From contig OZ024752.1 in NCBI GenBank assembly GCA_964016885.1, positions 15,686,001 to 15,750,000 on the forward strand: a stretch of 64,000 nucleotides of DNA, given 5' to 3'. This DNA is from Eledone cirrhosa. Lineage: Eukaryota. The translations under genes and the position numbers were made by a program. Shown piece by piece: positions 52,853 to 64,000 of this stretch. Each line of letters starts with the position of its first letter. The first letter of the stretch is position 1. A model generated the notes under the pieces. It worked only from the letters and a program-made list of their open reading frames with translations, searched no databases and had not been told where the DNA came from.

Positions 52853-52903
52853 AGATACATACATACATACATACATACATACATACATACATACATACAT
52901 ACA

Positions 52904-52937
<34 letters not shown>

Positions 52938-53480
52938 CATACATACATACATACATACATACATACATACATACATACATACATGCATACATACATATGT
53001 ATATATCTCCAGAATGAAGCGGGATCAAAGTTGTGACCTAACCACCAGGCTTGTATACGACTTTATAAGATACCGTTAAATGTAATGCTTGCTAAAAAGC
53101 TTGTTTACGAGTCATATAGTATAACAAAGAGACATAACTCCAAGATATCAATATGAAATAGCAGATATATGGTATATGTGGTGGTTAGATAGAGATTGTA
53201 TCATTTATTAAGGTATGGAGTAGAGTAGTATAGAAGTTAGACTGTATTAAGTAGGTTTCGAAAGATAAACATACAGACAAGATATTACGAAAGTATATAA
53301 ATCAAATTAAGATGGTTTAAAATCAGTTGAATGTTTTTACCTACATTAGTCTTTACTTTAAAGGGAAACGGGGGTGTGGACCAGATAATTCTTCTTTTTC
53401 TGTTACCATTTTTACTGCGCTGTTTTCTGACCTACAGATATTTCTCTCTCCTCTCTCTATATATATATGCACACACACAT

Positions 53481-53534
<54 letters not shown>

Positions 53535-53704
53535 TCAGAGCAAACATCACGGACGCTCTATCTCAAAATTATTTTTGAAAAGCATTGGAAATGCGCAACC
53601 GGTAAAACTTAAAACCAAAACTGAATACTAACCAATACTCACTTATTCCTAATTAAACTATTTTTCACTGTGAACAATTTGTCAGCATTTTCTTTTCGGT
53701 TTAT

Positions 53705-53710
53705 CTAGAG

Positions 53711-53760
<50 letters not shown>
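53705..53760. repeat. (GA)n microsatellite
   Basis: Direct inspection. Confidence 0.9.
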
Positions 53761-53763
<3 letters not shown>

Positions 53764-54126
53764 ACATTGGAAATAGCACTGAAAATATATTTAAGGGCCT
53801 GCTTTACTTTTTTTTCCTTTCTTTGATTCGTCAAAGTGACATTATTGAAAAAATTTAGAGGGACAATTCTTTAAAAAAGAGTTTTATAATGTATATAAAG
53901 TATGTAAAGTATTACCGGTTTCAATTTATTAGTAAAATTCAAATGTTAAGTATTACAATTAAAAAACATTAATAAGAATTAAAAATTAAAGATTTAAAAT
54001 TAAGTGTTGAGGTAAGTCTTTTTCGTCTTCCTTGTTGAGAGGAAGACTGGAAAATGAGCTCTTGTGTATCTATATATATAGAGAGAGAGGGGTGTAGTCG
54101 TGACAGTAGCAGCACCAATGTTGGTA

Positions 54127-54805
54127 GGCTGGATACAATAAATGCAATCTGAATTTTTCGAATATTAATAATAACATTCGATTCGTTTGCAATTATGCAA
54201 ACAAGTCTCAATTTTATAGCCATATCAGTAGAATGAACACTCCATTCTTGCTCTTATGTTGGCATACGAAATGCAGTCACTAATGTTTCTGGGTATCACC
54301 CTTCATCAGTACAGCTGACTGTTCACCTCTGAAACTGTCAGAGCTAGCGAAAATATATGCTATTTTCAAAAATAGACAGTGAATGATCGGCCTGATTTGC
54401 ATATTAGCAGACTCGCTGACCAAGAGATCTGCATATTAGCAGATCCACTGATCAGCCAGATTTGCATATCAGCAGAGTGGCGAGTCAGTTTCCTGAAACA
54501 TTAGTGTATGCAGTTCTGTTCGCATGCCAACATAAGAACAAGAATGAAGTGTTCATTCTACTGACATGGCTATAAAACTGAGGCTTGTTTGTATAATTGC
54601 AAACGAAACGAATGCTTTCTAGCATAGAGTTACGTCCCTTTACGGACTGAGTTCAAATGCCTCCGAGGTTAAGTTTGCCTTTCATCCTTACTGAGTCGAA
54701 AAAATAAAGTACCACTAATGTACTGGGGATTTGCTGGCCTAGTGCCAAATGTAGAAACAATTATTAATATTCGAAAAACTCAGGTTACATTTATTGTATT
54801 CAGTC
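54127..54805. mobile_element. Family D: - strand unit (54127-54494) plus inverted partial unit (54494-54805) carrying a SINE1 (54612-54764)
   Basis: Arm homology; hammerhead core on the - strand 54278-54312: CTGATGA-AGGG-tgata-CCC-A-GAAA-CATTA. Confidence 0.8.
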
Positions 54806-54849
54806 ATGTAGAGCGACATTTTCTTTTTTATACATATATATATATAATG

Positions 54850-55105
54850 TATTTATTAAAATAACAGATTAAAGTTTAAGCAAAGAATCGCTGCTTTCAC
54901 CCTTAACGGGATCTTCTGAAACTAACAAAGTCAATCTGTAAACGCAGAACTGGATATTTCAAAAAACGTTGCAACCGGAGGAAGACAGGAAGACGATACT
55001 TTGGTTCATGGTGACGTTCGCTGGCAAAGAACGGGAAAAAACGAATAATACGTCATTAATAGGAGCGGTGAAAAACAATTACGTGCAAGGACAGAACCAC
55101 GTTTA
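54850..55105 (-). mobile_element. Repeat family A copy
   Basis: As at 42797. Confidence 0.75.
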
Positions 55106-55159
55106 ATGTATATATATAATGTATATATATAATGTATATATATAAAGTAAAAGTGAGAT

Positions 55160-55605
55160 GATAATTGTTTCTACTTTAGCCAATTTGAAGGGGAGGGGAA
55201 AAGTCGATTTAATCGACCCCAGTGCGTTACTTGTTCTGTATTTAATCGACGCCTATTATTAGGATTATATCGTGGTATAGATTGACGACCGTTTACGTTC
55301 TAGCTTCAAAGTCCGACGAGGTTCGCTTTGCCTTTCATCTTTACGGGGTCGATAAAATAAACCACCAATCACGCACTGGCATCGATTTAATTGATTTTCC
55401 CCTCCCCTAAAACATCTCTGGCCTTGTGCCTCAATCAGAAACCATTTTTATCGCGTCATAGAGTTATGTGCTTTTGCGTTCTAAGCTCAAAGCCGGCCAA
55501 GGTTAGCTTTGCCTTTCATCCTTACGGGGTCGATAAAATAGAGCACCAGTAATGCATTGAGGTCATTTTAATCGACTTTACCCTTGCGACTAAATCAGAA
55601 ACCAT
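55160..55605. mobile_element. SINE1 fragments (55160-55250 -, 55290-55450 +, 55455-55605 +)
   Basis: Core matches. Confidence 0.7.
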
Positions 55606-55854
55606 TATCGTGATCATCACCATCATCATCGTCATTAGTCTTATTTTTACGGCGTGTTACTACATTCAGTAGATGTATTGTAGTTTTTGATGTTATTTCT
55701 AGTATTTTGACAATACCTTCCGTACTATGTTGTGTCTCTATTGTCTCTATACGGCATATGCAGGCCTACAGCTGATCGTTATGTATGTGTGTCTCCTTTT
55801 TTATGATTTCCAGTGCATCTATTATTTTAGATATAGGCCCTACGATTCCTTATC

Positions 55855-56110
55855 ATCATCATCTTCTTCTTCTTCTTCTTCTTCTTCTTCTTCTTCTTCT
55901 TTTAGTTCTTCTTCTTCTTCTTCTTCTTCTTTTAGTTCTTCTTCTTCTTCTTTTAGTTCTTCTTCTTCTTTTTTTAGTTCTTCTTCTTTTAGTTCTTATT
56001 ATTTTAATTTTCTTCTTTTATTTCTTCTTTTTCTTCTTTTTCTTTTTCTTCTTTTTCTTCTTTTCTTTTTCTTGTTCTTCTACTTCTTCTACTTGTTGTT
56101 CTTGTTGTTC
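55855..56110. repeat. (TTC)n-rich microsatellite
   Basis: Direct inspection. Confidence 0.9.
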
Positions 56111-56788
56111 TAGATGTTGTTTTTCTAAAAATAATGGTAATGCTAATAAGTGCGGTAAATATTTTGGACATTAAGCTGCTTAATGGTGGACTATTTGTTG
56201 TAGTAATGGCCTTATCAATCCTGACATCAATAGATAAACAAACCATTCAAACGTATTATGGTATCTCTCTCCCTATCATGTATTACCATAATTAAGGATA
56301 ACGTTTTAATACCTGTACTCATATGCTGGTGCTCACAAATATATATTCACGATAATAGCGATATGACATAGGCGTATTCCCATACACATGTTCACCTGTA
56401 TATACACATACTAGATTCATGCATACAATCAAATATAGACATCGAAACACTAATGTATACGGATGCACACATGTATATTTGCTAAAGACATATACAAACA
56501 CTTACACACACACACGCACACGCACGCGCACGCACACGCACACGCACACGCACACACGCACACGCACACACGCACACGCCCGCGCGCATTATGATTTCTT
56601 ACGATTGAAGCAGTTTTAGTCCTGTAGAAGTATTTAATATAATAAAATGAATATACCTAAACTATACAATCGTATTGAGTTCATTTCCTGGCAGTAGTCA
56701 CCTCCCCATTTACATAAGGGCCCTACATACTATATATGTATATGTATGTATGTGTGTGTGTATACATATATATATATATAACTATATA

Positions 56789-56885
56789 CACTGGGTATCC
56801 AACATTCGTATACGAGGTTTGATTACCTGTACAGGCAATAATTATTAGAATCCAGTTGAAGTGTGTATACATTTTGGGGGACACC

Positions 56886-56888
<3 letters not shown>
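56789..56888. mobile_element. Tc1/mariner-type MITE, sister of 2503-2603
   Basis: ...AAGTGTGTATACATTTTGGGGGACACCCTG|TA. Confidence 0.65.
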
Positions 56889-56942
<54 letters not shown>

Positions 56943-57010
56943 TATATATATATGCATATATATATATGTATATATATATATATAACGTATATATATATAT
57001 ATATATATGC

Positions 57011-57041
<31 letters not shown>

Positions 57042-57044
57042 TAA

Positions 57045-57075
<31 letters not shown>

Positions 57076-57207
57076 GCTTATATATATATACATATATATA
57101 TATGCTTATATATATATAACGTGTATATATATATATATATATATATCTAAAGTATATATATATATATAAAGTATATATATATAAAGTATATATATATATA
57201 AAGTATA

Positions 57208-57252
<45 letters not shown>

Positions 57253-57343
57253 CGTATATATATATATAACTGTAGAGTGCTTCTTATCCGATATCTGCAT
57301 TGCTTTATTGTACTACAATAAAACTCACCTCCTACATATATGC

Positions 57344-57389
<46 letters not shown>

Positions 57390-57398
57390 CGTATATAT

Positions 57399-57497
<99 letters not shown>

Positions 57498-57592
57498 ACG
57501 CATATATATATATATATGCTTATATATATATACATATATATATATGCTTATATATATATATGCATATATATATATGCATATATATATATATA

Positions 57593-57644
<52 letters not shown>

Positions 57645-57646
57645 AC

Positions 57647-57677
<31 letters not shown>

Positions 57678-58102
57678 AAGTATATATATATATCTAAAGT
57701 ATATATATATATATAAAGTATATATATATAAAGTATATATATATATAAAGTATATATATGTATATATATATACATATATATATATAACGTATATATATAT
57801 ATATATAAAGTATATATATAAAGTATATATATAATATATATATATAAAGTGTATATATATATAAAGTATATATATATATATAAAGTATATATATATATAT
57901 ATATATATAAAGTATATATATATATATAAAGTATATATATATATATAAAGTATATATATATATATAAAGTATATATATATATAAATAAAGTGTATATATA
58001 TATATAAAGTATATATATATATATATAATGTGTATATATATATATATATAAAGTGTATATATGTATATATATATAAAGTGTATATATATATATATATATA
58101 AA

Positions 58103-58185
<83 letters not shown>

Positions 58186-58211
58186 ATATATATATATATA
58201 AAGTATATAAA

Positions 58212-58262
<51 letters not shown>
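56889..58262. repeat. Long interrupted (TA)n array with higher-order duplication
   Basis: Direct inspection. Confidence 0.95.
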
Positions 58263-58266
<4 letters not shown>

Positions 58267-58879
58267 AAGTAATTCCTTAAAGGCTAAATTCTTAAAGGTT
58301 CTGGTAAATTGACGAAGTTTTAGGGAATTCTGTAGACAATTTCTATGTATAATCTATACAACTGTAGCCCTATATTCACGAGACACTTTCAACAGAACAT
58401 ACCCTGCGCGTATGCGCGCATGCACGCGCACACATGTGTATGGGGGAAATATATTTATATTTGTATACGCGTGCGCGCGTGTGTGTGTGTGTGTGTGTGT
58501 CTATGTATGTGTTTGTATACATACACAGATTCTCATCTGTATTATAACCTTCATGCTCTGCGGTGTACTGAGGGCCTTGCTTACTGTGGCTGCCTCCGAT
58601 TCAACCCAGAATAACGTGTGTGTGTATGTGTGTGTGTGTATGTGTGTGTGTGTTTCGTGTATGTGTGGTTGTATGGGTAGTCTTATTTTATTTTTATTTT
58701 TCCTTTCCCTCTTCCTTCTCCAGCCTCACTTTCATATAGCTTGCATTTTTTGTTTTTAAGATCCAAATTCAATAAACAAACCAGGATTTTTTCATTCTGA
58801 GGATTGAAAGCAAAACCTTTTGCTTTTAAGAATCCACTGGTAAACGGAATAATTGCCTTATGTTGTTTATTACATAATA

Positions 58880-60366
<1,487 letters not shown>

Positions 60367-62065
60367 GTAAAAAATATGTAAGCGGGCCTTAGCAACTCCA
60401 CTGAAGATGCTCTTCAGAAGCTCCTTGGCTAGCGGTGTACTACCCAGGGAGCTGAAAGAAGGCACAATATGCCCTATCCATAAAGGAGGTAGTAGAGCGG
60501 AGGCCAAGAACTATAGGCCAGTATCCCTGACGTCGCATATCAGTAAGGTCATGGAGCGAGTCGTCAGAAAGAAACTAATCACTTTCCTCGAAGAAAATGA
60601 CCGCCTGACTAGCACGCAACATGGCTTCCGCCCAGGAAGAAGCTGCCTTACACAGCTGCTACATCACTACGACTGGGTACTGAGACAACTACTAGACAGC
60701 TCACATGTAGACGTGATGTATCTTGACTTTGCGAAGGCCTTTGACAAGGTCGACCACGGAATGATATGTCACAAACTACACGGACTCGGCATAACTGGAA
60801 AAGTAGGTGAGTGGCTGCATGGCTTCCTAAGGGACAGAAGCCAGGCAGTCGCAGCAAATGGGGCCCTCTCGAGGGAAACACCGATAACAAGTGGGGTGTC
60901 CCAGGGGACAGTCCTGGGACCACTACTGTTTTTGGTGGCTCTCTCGGACATGCCCTCTGTGGTGCATGCAACAACATCCCTCACTAGCTATGCTGATGAC
61001 ACTAAGGTAGCACAGGCAATCAAAAACCCGGCTGACGCTGCCCTCTTACAGCAGGATCTGGATGCCATATACAGATGGGCGGAAGAAACAACATGCAGTT
61101 TAATGCTGGCAAATTCCAAGCCCTACAATACAAACCTGCAAACACAAACACAAATATAGCGGAACACAGCTACACAGGACCAGGAGGGACCGATATCCCC
61201 GTGTCAAAATCGATACGAGACCTGGGCATAGACATGAGCGATGATGCATCTTTTTCTTCACACATCATGAAGGTGGCGAAAACATGTAGACGATTCGCTG
61301 GCTGGATCTTGAGGACTTTCCTTACAAGAGATCGAGACACCATGTTGACACTGTGGAGGACTTTTGTCCTAAGCCTCCTGGACTACTGCTCCCAGCTGTG
61401 GTCACCCCATAGTGTCAAACTAACCACAGAGCTTGAGGCAATCCAGCGAAGCTACACCAAGAAGATTGCCAAGATGAGGGAGACAAGCTACTGGGAGAGG
61501 CTAAAGGAACTGAACCTCTACTCCTTGGAGCGAAGACGGGAGAGATACGCAGTGATCTACATGTGGAAAATCCTGGAGGGACTAGCACCAAACTTTGGCA
61601 TTGGGAGCTGGACCAACCATCGAACAGGACGTCACTGTGTGGTGCCAAAGGTCCCGTCTTCCACATCTAGAATAAGGAGCAGGTATTGCAATAGCCTGGG
61701 ATTCAAGGGCCCTCAACTCTTCAACAGGCTGCCGAGGCATCTGCGAGACTTGCATGACGTGGAGGTGGATGTCTTTAAGAAACATCTCGACACCTTGTTA
61801 TGCAGGATCCCGGATGAGCCCACAGCAAGACTTGCATGACGTGGAGGTGGATGTCTTTAAGAAACATCTCGACACCTTGTTATGCAGGATCCCGGATGAG
61901 CCCACAGCAAGACACGAGGGAAACCTAAGGGCAGCAGCAACAAACTCCCTCCTACACCAGTGGCCAACCTATACAGGCTGGAGATAAAATGTGTAGCAAC
62001 AAGGGCGGTGCCCCAGCATGGCCTCAGCTGGATGGCTGAAACAGGTAAAAGAGTAAAAGAGTAAT
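60367..62065 (+). mobile_element. 5'-truncated CR1/L2-group LINE: reverse transcriptase pseudogene plus 3' UTR and (GTAAAAGA)n tail
   Basis: NYRPVSLTS, QHGFRPGRSC, YLDFAKAFDKVDH, SGVSQGTVLGPLLF, YADDTK, DYCSQLWSP, LYSLERRRERY; 1-bp frameshift near 61088; 82-bp tandem duplication 61746-61909; (TA)n on both sides. Confidence 0.92.
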
Positions 62066-62132
62066 ATGAAATATATATAATATATATATATATATATATA
62101 AAATATATATATATATATAAAATATATATATA

Positions 62133-62321
62133 TCTATCTAAGGCGGGTAAAATTCCCCGAGATCCATGGACCAGTTCTCTCCAGCGGTCTCTGTCCCTCA
62201 TTATCGCTGCCATATCCTGCATCTCCAACAGACCAGTGTCTGACCTTAGGCCATCAACATATGTTAACCTTGGTCTTCCTCTGCTAGTGTGTCCATGTAG
62301 GGGCTCCCAAAGGAGCACTGA
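62133..62321 (-). mobile_element. RTE/RTE-X LINE 3' fragment, (GATA) tail
   Basis: VLLWEPLHGHTSRGRPRLTYVD..MRDRDRWRELV. Confidence 0.8.
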
Positions 62322-62353
62322 TATATATATATATATATTATAAAATATATATG

Positions 62354-62416
<63 letters not shown>

Positions 62417-62445
62417 TCAAAAGATGGTTAAAGGAGTTCCATATA

Positions 62446-62512
62446 TTTTATTATGCGCATTTCAAAAACAAACATCATCAAGCAATAATATTTGTGTTTT
62501 CATCAGATAAAA
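62446..62512 (-). ncRNA. Type I hammerhead ribozyme motif (mirror copy)
   Basis: Exact reverse complement of 62640-62706. Confidence 0.7.
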
Positions 62513-62639
62513 CAGGAGAACATGATATGAAGGCTAAAAAACACTTGTTGATAGTGCAGTTTTAAATCAACATGTGATATGTTGATTTAAAACTGCACTA
62601 TCAACAAGTGTTTTTTAGCCTTCATATCATGTTCTCCTG

Positions 62640-62706
62640 TTTTATCTGATGAAAACACAAATATTATTGCTTGATGATGTTTGTTTTTGAAATGCGCATA
62701 ATAAAA
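62640..62706 (+). ncRNA. Type I hammerhead ribozyme motif
   Basis: ttttat-CTGATGA-(aaacacaaatatta..tgatgtttgttttt stem II)-GAAA-TGCGCA-TA-ataaaa; palindromic stem III, AUA triplet. Confidence 0.72.
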
Positions 62707-62945
62707 TATATGGAACTCCTTTAACCATCATTTGATCTTATATTATGCATACTCCAGTCCCACAAACTGTATAGTGCTTCTTATCCGATATCTGCATTGC
62801 TTTATTGTACTACAATAAAACTCACCTCCTACATATAAAATATATATATATATATATATATCATATATATATATATAGTATATATATAAAATATATATAA
62901 TATATATATATATATATTTCTATATATATATATAATATGTATATA

Positions 62946-63001
<56 letters not shown>

Positions 63002-63038
63002 ATATATATTTTATAATATATATATATATATATATATA

Positions 63039-63226
63039 TCAGTGCTCCTTTGGGAGCCCCTACATGTACATACTAGGAGAGGAAAACCAAGGTTAACATA
63101 TGTTGATGCCCTAAGGACAGACACTGGTCTGTTGGAGATGCAGGATATGGCAGCGATAATGAGGGAGAGAGACCGCTGGAGAGAACTCGTCCATGGATCT
63201 CGGGAATTTTAGTCGCCTTAGATAGA
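63039..63226 (+). mobile_element. RTE/RTE-X LINE 3' fragment (inverted sister of 62133-62321)
   Basis: Same ends, about a dozen differences. Confidence 0.8.
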
Positions 63227-63345
63227 TATATATATATTTTATATATATATATATATATATAAAGTATATATATATATATATATATATAAAGTATATATAT
63301 ATATATATATATATAAAGTTATATATATATATATATATATATAAA

Positions 63346-63379
<34 letters not shown>

Positions 63380-63408
63380 TATATATATTATATATATATA
63401 TATATATA

Positions 63409-63459
<51 letters not shown>

Positions 63460-63605
63460 ATATATATATAGTATATATATATATATATATATAGTATATA
63501 TATATATATATATAGTATATATATATATATATATATATATAGTATATATATATATATATATATAGTATATATATATGTATATATATATATATATATATAT
63601 AATAG

Positions 63606-63653
<48 letters not shown>

Positions 63654-63748
63654 GTATAAATATATATATATATAAAATATATATATATATATATATATAG
63701 TATATATATATATATATATATATATAGTATATATATATATATATATAG

Positions 63749-63779
<31 letters not shown>

Positions 63780-63803
63780 TATATATATATATATATATAC
63801 ATA

Positions 63804-63842
<39 letters not shown>

Positions 63843-63887
63843 TATATATAAAATATATATATATATATATAATATATATATATATAT
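63227..63887. repeat. Interrupted (TA)n array
   Basis: Direct inspection. Confidence 0.95.
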
Positions 63888-63889
63888 TC

Positions 63890-64000
63890 TAGTCGATCGA
63901 CTTTCGTCAAATCGGACCGAGGAAACTATGTTTCCGTTGGTCTTTCCAATTGCTAATACTATCTATCGGTCGCAACTCCAGGTAGAAGGAGCAACGTGAA
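63890..64000 (-). mobile_element. 3' part of SINE family 2 (runs off the window)
   Basis: Reverse complement of 20430-20537. Confidence 0.7.

Larger units (their letters stand above)
62414..62738. repeat. 325-bp near-perfect palindrome (160-bp arms, 5-nt loop, 1 mismatch) of a hammerhead-bearing PLE-like unit
   Basis: Loop GTGAT at 62574-62578. Confidence 0.95.

Noticed and set aside
60648-61785. Antisense ORFs over the LINE
   Set aside because: They are shadow frames of the RT coding sequence.

Overview
AT-rich (about 30% GC) animal genomic DNA, non-coding (intronic or intergenic) and dominated by repeats. It is very probably from an octopod cephalopod, an inference from the dominant tRNA-derived SINE and the huge (TA)n tracts. 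No intact host gene is evident, and almost all ORF-track entries are translations of microsatellites. The window holds about 35 copies of one tRNA-head SINE (many with TSDs), a second SINE family, decayed LINEs (CR1/L2-group RT at 60.4-62.1 kb and several RTE pieces), a two-copy bipartite RTE-derived element, non-autonomous Helitrons, and Tc1/mariner and hAT MITEs. It also holds a Penelope-like (PLE) GIY-YIG remnant. The most striking signal is a dense set of short elements from several unrelated families that carry type I hammerhead ribozyme motifs (CTGANGA...GAAA...NUH). They mostly sit in or beside (TA)n microsatellites and repeatedly form head-to-head palindromes of 90-680 bp. All coordinates were read by eye (+/- a few bp) and no database searches were run.
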